A DNA stretch of 32,000 bases from Candidatus Nanogingivalaceae bacterium (lineage in GTDB: Bacteria > Patescibacteriota > Saccharimonadia > Saccharimonadales > Saccharimonadaceae), in assembly GCA_015257795.3 (NCBI GenBank), contig CP072208.2:270001-302000 (forward strand), in the 5' to 3' direction. Positions 1 through 8,483 of this stretch are shown piece by piece; positions within the stretch are counted from its first letter, which is position 1, and every line of letters begins with the position of its first letter. The notes beneath the pieces are model-generated. The model was not told the origin of the DNA and ran no database searches. It saw nothing but the letters and a program-made list of their open reading frames with translations. Made by a program: the position numbers and the translations under genes.

Positions 1-26
1 ATCAAGTCGGCTTTTTTCTTTGCCAT
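1..26 (-). CDS. 5' end of an unidentified gene leaving the window (MAKKKADL...)
   Basis: ATG at 26..24 on the minus strand with AAAGGA a few nt upstream and a consensus promoter at 87..115. Only 8 codons are visible. Confidence 0.3.
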
Positions 27-86
27 TTCTATCCTTTCTGTGGTAATAGCGGCTTGCGCCTCCCAACATTGATTATTAACCTTTTA

Positions 87-115
87 ATTATAACAATTTT
101 TTGAGAAAAAGTCAA
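87..115 (-). promoter_or_regulatory. sigma70-type promoter for the left-edge gene
   Basis: Minus strand TTGACT (115..110), 17 nt spacer, TATAAT (92..87), with TGT immediately upstream of the -10 (extended -10). Confidence 0.5.
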
Positions 116-117
116 AA

Positions 118-2124
118 CTAAATTTTATTGCTAGAAAGAGTTTTGTTTTCGCTAGAACTCATTTTGACGTAATACGCCAATAAACTTATAACACCAAAAA
201 TTAAACCAAAAATAATCAAACTAAAGATGGAACTTTCAAAAATTGGTTGAGATAATCCGCCTAATATTGCTTGTCTGAAAGCGGTTAGCGAATAGTAAAG
301 CGGCATAAATGGCGCCATGTTTTGAAAAATTTGAGGTGTTGTCGCAATCGGGAACATTCCCCCGCTACTTGCAAGCTGTAAAATCATGAAAACAATTGAA
401 GCAAACTGGCCAACTCTGCCGAAAGCAAACATTAATGCATGAACAATCAAAAGGAATGAAAATGCCGAAACATAAGAACTCAAAACAAAAGAATTTATAT
501 CCGCAGGTGAAATGTTAAATATTCCGCTAAAAATAATTGTAAGAACTAGAGTTTCAGCTCCGGCAAAGCCAGCCATAATCCCTACCCTTGAAAGCCACCA
601 TTTAAGTGCTGAACAATTCTTTTTTGGCTTATTTTGGATCGGAAACGCAATATTAAACGAAATCGCCCCAACAAACAAACCTAATGCGATGAAATATGGA
701 GCCATCGCTTTTCCGTATGTTGCATCTCCAGAATTATTTGAAACTTCACTTTTAACTGGCGTTGCGATATTTTTAGCAGATTCATCCGAGAAATTAATTT
801 TCGAAAGTTTTTCTGCACCAGATGAAAGTTGTGAAGTTAATAGATTCGAGCCATCTTGTAGTTTTGTGGTGCCGGAATTTATTGTGTTTATTCCTGAATT
901 TAAAGTGTTAATTCCGCCCAAAAGTTGAGCTGTACTTTCAGGGATTTTTTGTTCACTGGTGTTAAATTCGTTCATTTTTGTTGAGAAAGTTGTAACTCCA
1001 GTTGAAAGCTGTTTTTCGCCCGATAGAAGTAAGTTGTGTGAATTTTGTATTTTGCGTGAATTTTGCGCCAAGCTTTGTGCGGCTGGAACAATTTTTTGCG
1101 AAAATTGCGTTTGCAAGTTTTGCGATTTTTTAGCATTTTTTTGGGCGTCAGCGGTAATATTTTTTGCCGAAATCGCCAACTCATCGGCAAGATTTTTAAT
1201 ATTCTGATTATTAGTTTGTTCAGCTAAAATGTGCATTTTTGCCACTTTTTGATTTAATTCCAATAAGTGTTCACTTTGATTTTTTGCATCAGAATTATCG
1301 CTTATCGCAGAATTTAGTGTGGTTAAACCATTCGAAAACTCTTCACTTTTGGCCGAAAAATCTTGTAATCCCTTTTGTAAGTTTTCGCTATTTTGGCTTA
1401 AAAGATTGGTTTTATTTGAAATTTCGGTTGCACTAAAAGCAAGTTTATTACTCGCTTCGGCCATTTTCTGGTTTGCTGAATTTAATTTTTCCGCGCCATT
1501 TTTTAGTTTTATAACTCCAGAATTTGCCGAATTTAAACTATTGCCTAAACTACTAATCCCGTTTGAAATTTGTTCTGAACCGCTCGCTGCTTTCGAAAAA
1601 CCGTTTTGAACATTCGAAAGTTGAGAAAGTAGAATCTTACTGTAGTTTTCACTAATTTGCGCTCGAACCTGTTCACTCAGTTTTTGTGCGGCGTTGGTTG
1701 AAATCATTTCACCAGATTTACTTTTCGAAACATTTGTTTTAAATGAAATATTCACTTTTTGCGGATTTTCTCCCAAAAAACTAACTGAATTTTTCGAAAA
1801 ATCTTTTGGAATATGTACAATCATGAAAGTGTCGCCATCGGTCAAATCTTTCTCGGCTGTTTTTAAATCCGTAAACTGCCAGTTTAAAGTTCTTGATTGC
1901 TTAAGGTTATTGCTAATTTTATTGCCAAGTTCAATATTTTGACCATTAAAAAGGACAGGTTCATCTTCATTTACTACTGATATCTTTAGGTTTTCGATTT
2001 TTGAATAAGGGTCCCAGATTGATGCCAAAAAAGTTCCAGCATAGATAACGGGAATAAAACTTACTATAAATAGAGTGGCTAGAAGCATACGATTTTGCTT
2101 TATTTTTCTAAAATATTTTTTCAT
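118..2124 (-). CDS. YhgE/Pip-family membrane protein (phage infection protein-like), 668 aa
   Basis: I prefer the ATG at 2124 (MKKYFRKIKQNR...) because GGAGGAAG lies just upstream. It has an N-terminal TM segment, an extracellular VVNEDEP-type region, a long Asn/Ser/Gln-rich coiled-coil repeat centre and a C-terminal 5-6 TM ABC-2-like domain. The track ORF extends to 2277 without an RBS. Confidence 0.75.
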   Translation of the reverse strand: MKKYFRKIKQNRMLLATLFIVSFIPVIYAGTFLASIWDPYSKIENLKISVVNEDEPVLFNGQNIELGNKISNNLKQSRTLNWQFTDLKTAEKDLTDGDTFMIVHIPKDFSKNSVSFLGENPQKVNISFKTNVSKSKSGEMISTNAAQKLSEQVRAQISENYSKILLSQLSNVQNGFSKAASGSEQISNGISSLGNSLNSANSGVIKLKNGAEKLNSANQKMAEASNKLAFSATEISNKTNLLSQNSENLQKGLQDFSAKSEEFSNGLTTLNSAISDNSDAKNQSEHLLELNQKVAKMHILAEQTNNQNIKNLADELAISAKNITADAQKNAKKSQNLQTQFSQKIVPAAQSLAQNSRKIQNSHNLLLSGEKQLSTGVTTFSTKMNEFNTSEQKIPESTAQLLGGINTLNSGINTINSGTTKLQDGSNLLTSQLSSGAEKLSKINFSDESAKNIATPVKSEVSNNSGDATYGKAMAPYFIALGLFVGAISFNIAFPIQNKPKKNCSALKWWLSRVGIMAGFAGAETLVLTIIFSGIFNISPADINSFVLSSYVSAFSFLLIVHALMFAFGRVGQFASIVFMILQLASSGGMFPIATTPQIFQNMAPFMPLYYSLTAFRQAILGGLSQPIFESSIFSLIIFGLIFGVISLLAYYVKMSSSENKTLSSNKI

Positions 2125-2174
2125 CTTCCTCCTAATAAAATAGTTGTATTTATCAACGATTACTCTATTGTATA

Positions 2175-2203
2175 AAATATTGTTGTAAAAGTCAACAATA
2201 TTT
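2175..2203. promoter_or_regulatory. 11-bp perfect inverted repeat, candidate MarR operator
   Basis: AAATATTGTTG (2175..2185), 7 nt spacer, CAACAATATTT (2193..2203). It overlaps the -35 and spacer of the marR-like promoter in the divergent intergenic region. Confidence 0.5.
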
Positions 2204-2211
2204 GGTATAAT
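2183..2211 (+). promoter_or_regulatory. promoter of the MarR-family gene, leaderless layout
   Basis: TTGTAA (2183..2188), 17 nt spacer, TATAAT (2206..2211), then only 6 nt to the ATG at 2218. No Shine-Dalgarno sequence. Confidence 0.5.
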
Positions 2212-2217
2212 TATTTT

Positions 2218-2643
2218 ATGGAAGAAAAGATTCTTGATTTGTTGCAAAAAATTAATACAATTTATCGCTCGGCACAAAAATATGCAACACGTGAGCTTTC
2301 GAAAAATGATATTTCAGCTATCGAGGCTGCAATTTTAACCAAGATTTGCAATTCTTCTGCTCCGCAAGATGAAATCTCTAAAGAAATAGGTGTTGATAAG
2401 GCTTATATTTCGCGAGTTTTAGCTAAAATGGAAGAGAAAAATTTTATTTTAAAGAAAAATTCACAGAAAGATAAGCGAATTCGTGAAATTGAAATTACAA
2501 AACTAGGTAAAGAAAAACTGAACATTCGGCAGCAAATTCTAGTTAAATGGTGTGAAGAAACCTTTGGCGATATTTCTTTAAAAGAGTTGAATCTATTAAC
2601 CGAAGTGATCGAAATTATTTCAAATAAGGCAAACGAAAAGTAA
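2218..2643 (+). CDS. MarR-family winged-helix transcriptional regulator, 141 aa
   Basis: Size and the wHTH core (QDEISKEIGVDKAYISRVLAKMEEKNFILKKNSQKDKRIREIEITKLG) are typical of MarR. It is divergent from the YhgE/Pip gene. Confidence 0.8.
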   Translation: MEEKILDLLQKINTIYRSAQKYATRELSKNDISAIEAAILTKICNSSAPQDEISKEIGVDKAYISRVLAKMEEKNFILKKNSQKDKRIREIEITKLGKEKLNIRQQILVKWCEETFGDISLKELNLLTEVIEIISNKANEK

Positions 2644-2679
2644 CCCTAAAATACATAGGCTTTGTTTTAAAAACTATAA

Positions 2680-2708
2680 TTGACTTTTTGGGTTGAATTT
2701 GATAAAAT
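2680..2708 (+). promoter_or_regulatory. promoter of tRNA-Glu
   Basis: TTGACT (2680..2685), 17 nt spacer, TAAAAT (2703..2708). The tRNA starts 10 nt later. Confidence 0.55.
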
Positions 2709-2717
2709 TAAAACATT

Positions 2718-2792
2718 GGCCTCATCGTCTAACGGTTAGGACATCAGGTTCTCATCCTGGCAATCGGGGTTCAATTCCCCGTGAGGTCACCA
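2718..2792 (+). tRNA. tRNA-Glu (anticodon CUC), CCA encoded
   Basis: Hand-folded cloverleaf: acceptor GGCCTCA/TGAGGTC (one G-U pair), D arm GTCT..GGAC with an AACGGTTA loop, anticodon loop TTCTCAT, T arm CGGGG-TTCAATT-CCCCG, then ACCA. Confidence 0.9.
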
Positions 2793-2804
2793 ATTTGATA
2801 ATTG

Positions 2805-2876
2805 AGACTGTTTTGTGAAAACGAAGCAGTCTTTTTTATATCCCTGCAGTAGGTACGATTCTGCAGGGATATTTTT
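2805..2876 (+). terminator. two tandem rho-independent terminator hairpins after tRNA-Glu
   Basis: AGACTG(TTTT)..(AAAAC)..CAGTCT followed by TTTTTT (2805..2838). Then ATCCCTGCAG, 11 nt loop, CTGCAGGGAT followed by ATTTTTG (2840..2876). Confidence 0.6.
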
Positions 2877-2962
2877 GTTGCTCCAACTGAGGCGATTTCG
2901 TATAGATCACCTCTGAGGACTAGCAAAACCTTTAAAATGTGAAACTTAACAACCTGGCTATA

Positions 2963-3940
2963 TCAATTAAAAATTTTATCACAGCAAGTAATGAGTTCAC
3001 GTAAGATTTCGTCATATTTCTCATAAACTCGAAAACCTGCCGCATAGGCATGTCCACCTCCACCGAAATAACCTGCAATATCCGCAGCGATTGGTGAATT
3101 TGTCCGAACTTTTCCGGTGAGTTTTCCATCCGGGTAGGTTTTTATTGCTACACAAGCTTCTACACCCTCAACCATTCGCATCTCATCGATAACTAAAACG
3201 CTAGGGTTATATTTATCAGAATACTCTTTAATTTCTTCCCAAGGGATATGTACTACTGCTAATTTTCTATCAAAAAAGTATTCAATTCGCTGAATTAATC
3301 GTCCTTTGTATTCTAGAATTTCAGGAGCTTTTTTAGATAATTCGCGACGTGATTCTTCTAGTTTAGCAGAACTTGCGCCGAGTTTTGTTAGTTCTCCAGC
3401 AACCTCAAAAGTTCGAGCTGAAGTGTTACTTGTTGAAAGTCCTAGGGTGTCGCTGAAAATTGCACCTAAAATATCTTGTGCAGCGGTTTGGTTTATTTTC
3501 CAATTAAGAGCGTTTGCGATTTCAAAAATAACCTCTCCAGTTGAGCTTGCTTCCTCTAGAACCAGTTCATGTTCGAATGTTATATCGGGTGTTGCATCAG
3601 TATGGTGATCAATCACTAAAACCGGAGTTTTTTCGAGTAGATTTTTATAAAGAGGGTCATCGACTATTTTCGAAAGCAATGTATTGCTTGTAGTGTCAAC
3701 AATTATGAAAAGATCAAATTTTTCATAAATCGAACTTTCTATTCTATCCCAACCGCTAAAATATCGTAAATATTTTGGAATATCTACAGGACAGAAAAGT
3801 TTAACACTTTTTCCGAGATCGCTCAAAATTTCTTCTAAAGCTAAAGCTGAGCCTAAACTATCACCGTCTGGATTTTCGGCTTGAATTACGCAAATTTTTT
3901 GTGAATTGTTTATTAATTTTCTTATGTTTTCGAATTTCAC
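2963..3940 (-). CDS. nrnA: DHH/DHHA1 phosphoesterase (NrnA-like oligoribonuclease/pAp phosphatase), 325 aa
   Basis: Motifs DGDSLGS, VIDHHTD and the C-terminal GGGHAYAAG (DHHA1). GTG start at 3940 overlaps the recR stop by 1 nt (TAGTG), with AGGAGA upstream. Confidence 0.8.
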   Translation of the reverse strand: MKFENIRKLINNSQKICVIQAENPDGDSLGSALALEEILSDLGKSVKLFCPVDIPKYLRYFSGWDRIESSIYEKFDLFIIVDTTSNTLLSKIVDDPLYKNLLEKTPVLVIDHHTDATPDITFEHELVLEEASSTGEVIFEIANALNWKINQTAAQDILGAIFSDTLGLSTSNTSARTFEVAGELTKLGASSAKLEESRRELSKKAPEILEYKGRLIQRIEYFFDRKLAVVHIPWEEIKEYSDKYNPSVLVIDEMRMVEGVEACVAIKTYPDGKLTGKVRTNSPIAADIAGYFGGGGHAYAAGFRVYEKYDEILRELITCCDKIFN

Positions 3941-4557
3941 TAAATCTCCTTTCTTCCTTCAAGTGCATGACTTAGAGTTATTTGGTCGGCATATTCCAAA
4001 TCGACACCAACAGGCAAGCCGCGAGCGAGACGTGAGATTATTAGATTTTCAAATCCTTTTTCACGCAAATAATTTTGAATGTAGAGCGCAGTACTTTCAC
4101 CTTCAACGCTTGCATTTGTAGCGATAATAATCTCCTCAACGCTATCGTTTGAAATTCTTTCCGCGAGTTCGTGAATATGTAGCTGATCGGGCGTGATTCC
4201 GTTAATAGGTGAAATCACACCGCCTAAAACATGATATGTTCCATTAAAATGTTTGGTTTTTTCGAGCGCAATAATATCAAGAGGCTCCTCAACGACGGCC
4301 ACAAGTTTTTTATTACGAGCTTCATCGGTATATAACGAAGAGAATTCTTCATCTTTTGAAATTAAAGCAAAAGTTTTTGGGCAAGTTTTTACATTTTTAT
4401 GTAACCCTAAAAGACTCTCGGCAATTTTTTCGCTTACTAGGGCGTTGTTTTTCAACAAATAATAAGCGTACCGTTCGGCAGTGCGCGATCCAACGCCAGG
4501 AAGTTTTTCGAGATTTTCAATTGTTTCAATTAGGGCTTTTGGTAAAACTTGCGACAT
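3940..4557 (-). CDS. recR: recombination protein RecR, 205 aa (zinc-finger cysteines missing)
   Basis: N-terminal HhH motif LPGVGSRTAERYAYYLL. Toprim core LVAVVEEPLDIIALEKT..YHVLGG..IIATNASVEGESTALY. C-terminal RLARGLPVGVDLEYAD. Confidence 0.9.
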   Translation of the reverse strand: MSQVLPKALIETIENLEKLPGVGSRTAERYAYYLLKNNALVSEKIAESLLGLHKNVKTCPKTFALISKDEEFSSLYTDEARNKKLVAVVEEPLDIIALEKTKHFNGTYHVLGGVISPINGITPDQLHIHELAERISNDSVEEIIIATNASVEGESTALYIQNYLREKGFENLIISRLARGLPVGVDLEYADQITLSHALEGRKEI

Positions 4558-4576
4558 TTTTCCCTTTCGAAGAAAA

Positions 4577-4873
4577 TTAAAGTCCTAGGTTTCCTAGCCC
4601 ACCCATCAAAGGCTGCATTTTTTCGGCTGCTGCTTTTTGTGCTTCTTCGAGGCCATCACGAATTGCAATTTGAATCCAATGTTCAAGCTCTTCGATATCA
4701 TCAAAATCGATTAATTCAGGGTCTAATTTTACACTTTTAACTTTTAATTCCCCTGTAAATTGAATTACCACTGCGCCCTCTCCAGCTTCAACTTCAATAA
4801 TCTCTTTTTTAAGTTCTTTTTGTGCTTTTTGAAGTTCGCGCACCATTTTCATTTGGTCTTTAATTCCTGCCAT
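4577..4873 (-). CDS. ybaB: YbaB/EbfC nucleoid-associated DNA-binding protein, 98 aa
   Basis: Typical size and sequence (MVRELQKAQKELKKE..VEAGEGAVVIQFTGELKV..KLDPELID..DIEELE..I..A...G). AAGGAG RBS. Immediately upstream of recR, as in most bacteria. Confidence 0.85.
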   Translation of the reverse strand: MAGIKDQMKMVRELQKAQKELKKEIIEVEAGEGAVVIQFTGELKVKSVKLDPELIDFDDIEELEHWIQIAIRDGLEEAQKAAAEKMQPLMGGLGNLGL

Positions 4874-4909
4874 AAAATCTCCTTTAAAATAAAACTTAAT
4901 ACTCTTTTA

Positions 4910-4938
4910 ATTCTATCAAAAAAACGGTTTAAAATCAA
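4910..4938 (-). promoter_or_regulatory. promoter of ybaB-recR-nrnA
   Basis: Minus strand TTGATT (4938..4933), 17 nt spacer, TAGAAT (4915..4910). Confidence 0.5.
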
Positions 4939-6362
4939 CTACGCGTTAAAACATAAAAACGATCAGAATTATCTTTACGGTTTGAAACCAAAATCTTTTT
5001 TACGTGGTATTTGTCTGAAATGTTTGTAGTTTTATAGGCTTCTTTCGAAACTACGATTTCGTTATCTTCGGCTGTATCTTTAACTTTAGCTTTACCCTGC
5101 CTCTCAAGAACTTTATAAAAATCTTCTTCATTTTTCGAGACTACCAAAATTCGGTTTGAATCAGTTTTTGTTAGAAGGATGTCTAGGTCCTGATTGAAAG
5201 CTGAAAGGATTTGTGGTGAGTATTGGTAACTCAAAGCGAAAACTGAGAGGTTTGTAATTAATAAATTAAAGACAAAAATTGAAGTTGGAATCAAACCAAA
5301 GAAACGTGCATAAGGGTTCTTTGGGAATAGTGCGTACCAAGTATCAATTAATCCCTGAAGTCCAGTAATCGTTAAGATTAATATAGGAGTAAATAAAATA
5401 GTAATAGTTGCGGTATTTGTTAAACAGACAAAGGCTAGGATTATTGTCCATATACTAATTAGATAGCTTCTTGCAGAGTGTCGAGCTGTCAATGCAAAAT
5501 AGAGTCCGATTAGGATTAAGATTGCTGTTGCTGGATTTACTACTGGAGAAAGCATTCCATTACTAATTGGGTTTGAAAATCCAATTAGGGATAGGCCAAG
5601 ATTTTTAATGTTTTCAAAAAAATCTAGCTTATTAGGTATTCCAAAGATGATCTTTAATATCGAAAGATCTTTAAGGATTGAAAATAGTAGCGGTGTTGTA
5701 ATTATTAAGAAGAGTGAAACACCTAAAATCTTCTGCGATTTCGGTGTTCTTTTTATTGTAAAACGTAGGTGCGGATGTGTTAAAACCGTAATTAAAAACG
5801 CTAAAACAATATAAGAACTTAGAGGTGTATAAAAACTCAAACCCAAAATTGTAATCAGAATAAAAATTTGGCGCTTTTTTGGGGTTTCTAGGAATTTCAT
5901 TCCACTCCATATGAGTAAAATTGGGTAAAAAATATAAAGTATCTCGCTTGTACCATTCTGGGCAATAAAGAAAAATTGACTGGATGTAATTGCGATAATC
6001 GAAGCTAGGATTGATGCACGTTTCGAAAACCACATTCCTGAAATTTTAGTTATGAAGACAAGTGAAAGTAGCGAAATTATAATTGATGGCAATTTGATCG
6101 AAAAATTACTTAAGCCAAAAATATCGATACTGATTTTTTGTAGGAGACGATACGGTAAGTCTATAATATTTTTTGAAAAAATATTTGAGAAATCTAAATT
6201 TACTGCACTTTTTGTGTTTTCAATTTCACCTGCAGTTAAGCCGTTTGGTGTAATAAATAAAGTGTAAATAATTATAGCTAAATAGCCGAGAGATAAAATT
6301 CCGATTCCAATTTGGTAACGAAATTTATAAATCCAAAAATCACTAATTTTTAATTTTTTCAT
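4935..6362 (-). CDS. polytopic membrane protein, GT-C (ArnT/PMT, GT39-like) glycosyltransferase candidate, 475 aa
   Basis: About 11-12 predicted TM helices followed by a soluble C-terminal domain of about 90 aa. This topology is typical of GT-C enzymes. No motif is strong enough for a firm family call. Confidence 0.45.
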   Translation of the reverse strand: MKKLKISDFWIYKFRYQIGIGILSLGYLAIIIYTLFITPNGLTAGEIENTKSAVNLDFSNIFSKNIIDLPYRLLQKISIDIFGLSNFSIKLPSIIISLLSLVFITKISGMWFSKRASILASIIAITSSQFFFIAQNGTSEILYIFYPILLIWSGMKFLETPKKRQIFILITILGLSFYTPLSSYIVLAFLITVLTHPHLRFTIKRTPKSQKILGVSLFLIITTPLLFSILKDLSILKIIFGIPNKLDFFENIKNLGLSLIGFSNPISNGMLSPVVNPATAILILIGLYFALTARHSARSYLISIWTIILAFVCLTNTATITILFTPILILTITGLQGLIDTWYALFPKNPYARFFGLIPTSIFVFNLLITNLSVFALSYQYSPQILSAFNQDLDILLTKTDSNRILVVSKNEEDFYKVLERQGKAKVKDTAEDNEIVVSKEAYKTTNISDKYHVKKILVSNRKDNSDRFYVLTRS

Positions 6363-6395
6363 TCCCTTGATTATACCATATTTAATTTTATAAAT

Positions 6396-7280
6396 CTACT
6401 TTAAGCTCCATTTTTCGCCGCCATTATTTAATGCTAACCCTTTGAGCTCAAGCATTGTGATTGCTTGATTAAATTCACTAGCAGAAAGCTTCGTTTGTTT
6501 AATAATTGTGTCACTCGAAGTTGTACCGTTTTTCGAAAGAAATTCTAAAATTACATTCTCCTCACTGGTGTCGCCTTTGAAAAGTTGTGTTTGTTTTTCG
6601 AAGCGGTTGGGGATTAGAAAATCAAGTAAATCTTCTACTGAAGTTAGCGGGTTAGCGCCATTTTTAATCAGCTGGTTACATCCCGCAGAAAGCGGTGATG
6701 TTATATTTCCTGGAACGGCAAATATTTCTTTGCCTTGATCTAATGCATGGTTGGCGGTCGATAACGTCCCGCTTCTGGATGCGGCCTCAATAATAACGAC
6801 AGCATCCGCAAGACCGGATACTATCCTATTTCGTGCTAAAAACTGCCATGGTCTAGCTGGTGTATTGTTTGGGTATTCGCTTAATATCGCTCCATTTGTT
6901 TGAAGGATTTTTTGACCCAAGTCTTCATGAGAACGAGGATAGATTTTATCAACACTATTCGCAAGAACAGCGATAGTTTTTCCTCCAGAGTTGATCGCAG
7001 CTCTATGGGCAATAGAGTCAATGCCCAGAGCTAAACCACTAACAACTACGATACCATTTTTTGCACACTCGCTTGCAATTTTTGTAGCAATTTCGCGTCC
7101 GTATGCGCTTGGTTTGCGCGTTCCGACAATTGCTACAGTTTTTACTCTTTTTGTGGGTAGTTTACCTCGCATAAAAAGCTTTTTTGGAGGGTCTGGTATG
7201 TGTGGTAGATCTCTTAAATAATCATAGTCTGAAAGGTTTATTTGAAATATTTCCATAAAATTATAAAATAGTGTTGACAT
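6396..7280 (-). CDS. dprA: DNA-processing protein DprA (Smf), 294 aa
   Basis: Rossmann-like core VAIVGTRKPSAYG...VVSGLALGIDSIAHRAA...AVLANSVDKIYP..H..L. C-terminal winged-helix-like tail. The start is uncertain (ATG 7280 or ATG 7256). Confidence 0.85.
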   Translation of the reverse strand: MSTLFYNFMEIFQINLSDYDYLRDLPHIPDPPKKLFMRGKLPTKRVKTVAIVGTRKPSAYGREIATKIASECAKNGIVVVSGLALGIDSIAHRAAINSGGKTIAVLANSVDKIYPRSHEDLGQKILQTNGAILSEYPNNTPARPWQFLARNRIVSGLADAVVIIEAASRSGTLSTANHALDQGKEIFAVPGNITSPLSAGCNQLIKNGANPLTSVEDLLDFLIPNRFEKQTQLFKGDTSEENVILEFLSKNGTTSSDTIIKQTKLSASEFNQAITMLELKGLALNNGGEKWSLK

Positions 7281-7357
7281 AAAACATAATTTATGATAAT
7301 ATATAAAGTATTGATAAAATATTTTAAAAATTTGTCAATGAAACTTCTATCTATTCG

Positions 7358-7642
7358 TTATAGTGTGCAATATATATCTGAATAATTCTTTACCCCTCCT
7401 TTTTTAAAATAAGAATCTTGATATTGCACATAATAACCTCTTTGACCGGCGAACCCTATGGTGAATTTTGGTGGGTTTTCAGCTTCGATTTTTTCGAGCC
7501 TTAGCGGGTGCGTCGAAGAGATAAAAAACCGTCTAAGCGATGCCCACCCGTGCTTAGGCGGTTTTTTATGTTGTAATATTAAAATAATTATGATTATTGT
7601 CAATGTGCTTAAGGTTAATATTATTCTTGAATATTTTAACAT
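7358..7642 (-). CDS. doubtful 94-aa ORF (one TM); possibly non-coding
   Basis: The ORF is open, but its middle is encoded by a 15-bp terminator-grade hairpin (7523..7567). No RBS is visible, and its ATG lies inside a promoter-like spacer. Confidence 0.2.
   Translation of the reverse strand: MLKYSRIILTLSTLTIIIIILILQHKKPPKHGWASLRRFFISSTHPLRLEKIEAENPPKFTIGFAGQRGYYVQYQDSYFKKGGVKNYSDIYCTL
7523..7567. terminator. strong bidirectional terminator-like hairpin
   Basis: AAAAAACCGTCTAAGC, 13 nt loop, GCTTAGGCGGTTTTTT. The stem is about 15 bp with one G-U pair, an A-run on the 5' side and a T-run on the 3' side. Confidence 0.5.
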
Positions 7643-7675
7643 AAGCGCTTAGTATTAGCAAGTTTTATATAAATT

Positions 7676-7714
7676 AAAAATTGTGCGACCTCGCAATAGA
7701 TTCGCACAATTTTT
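7676..7714 (-). terminator. rho-independent terminator after the 7740..8258 gene
   Basis: 13-bp perfect stem AAAAATTGTGCGA / TCGCACAATTTTT with a 13 nt loop. Confidence 0.6.
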
Positions 7715-7739
7715 AACTAATATAAATCTCTCAAATTTT

Positions 7740-8258
7740 TTAGAATGAAGCTTCGACTGCAGCCCAAGTCGTGTCTGTATTATCCTCAGGAATGATAATA
7801 GTAACTTGGTCGCCGGCTTGAAGTCGGAAATAGGTTACGCTTGCAAGCAAGACTTTGTATTCGTTTCCGCCTGCTTCTACAAAGAATGAACCATCATGAT
7901 TGATGAGAGTTCCGATAATTTGTTTTCGCGGAACAGGACCAATTTGTTTATAGATAAAACCACCATCTTCGTTAATTGTAAGTTTCAAAATATCGCCCTC
8001 CACAAGCTTTGATTTTGAAGCATAGTTTGCTGGAACGGGATAGTTTTTTCCATCTGGACCAATCATTGTTTGACCGTCAAAAACACCTTCTATAACTTTG
8101 CCCTGAGGGCTTTCGATTATTGAAGTGCTTGGAGCTGTTACGGTATTGTCGTCGCCGCTAATACTAATTAGCAACTCTTTGGCTGCAGCAAGATTCGTTT
8201 CCGCTTCTTGAATCAAGCTTTTTAGCCGTTTTACTTGTTTTTCTGGTAATTCAGACAT
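7740..8258 (-). CDS. conserved hypothetical protein, 172 aa (N-terminal helix plus two small beta-barrel-like modules)
   Basis: GAGGA RBS, its own promoter and terminator, and no stops. There is an internal repeat flavour (GD.LKLTI.. / GDQVTIII..). I recognise no family. Confidence 0.6.
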   Translation of the reverse strand: MSELPEKQVKRLKSLIQEAETNLAAAKELLISISGDDNTVTAPSTSIIESPQGKVIEGVFDGQTMIGPDGKNYPVPANYASKSKLVEGDILKLTINEDGGFIYKQIGPVPRKQIIGTLINHDGSFFVEAGGNEYKVLLASVTYFRLQAGDQVTIIIPEDNTDTTWAAVEASF

Positions 8259-8305
8259 ATTCCTCGCATTTTCCTTGTCTGTTTTCTTTTGATATTATCT
8301 TTTAG

Positions 8306-8334
8306 ATTTTAGCATGAAACACTTAAAAAGTCAA
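8306..8334 (-). promoter_or_regulatory. promoter of the 7740..8258 gene
   Basis: Minus strand TTGACT (8334..8329), 17 nt spacer, TAAAAT (8311..8306), preceded by TGC (extended -10). Confidence 0.5.
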
Positions 8335-8448
8335 TATATTTTAGTAATTTTAAGCTTTTTTTAAGTTTTCCACAATTTTTAATCTGTTAAACATTAAATG
8401 ATGTAATTTTTACAAAAATGTTTATGCTTATCGGGGGCAAAATACTTC

Positions 8449-8477
8449 TTGAATGTTGGCTTTGGGCATGATATAAT
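8449..8477 (+). promoter_or_regulatory. promoter of the pilin gene, leaderless layout
   Basis: TTGAAT (8449..8454), 17 nt spacer, TATAAT (8472..8477), then 6 nt to the ATG at 8484. No SD. Confidence 0.55.
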
Positions 8478-8483
8478 TGGGCT

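Noticed and set aside
512-1942. Six plus-strand ORFs and one minus-strand ORF (512..928, 959..1207, 972..1190, 1239..1436, 1319..1609, 1694..1942) inside the YhgE/Pip gene
   Set aside because: They lie antisense to, or out of frame with, a long gene that has clear family features. They lack an RBS and have Phe/Leu/Ser-rich shadow composition.
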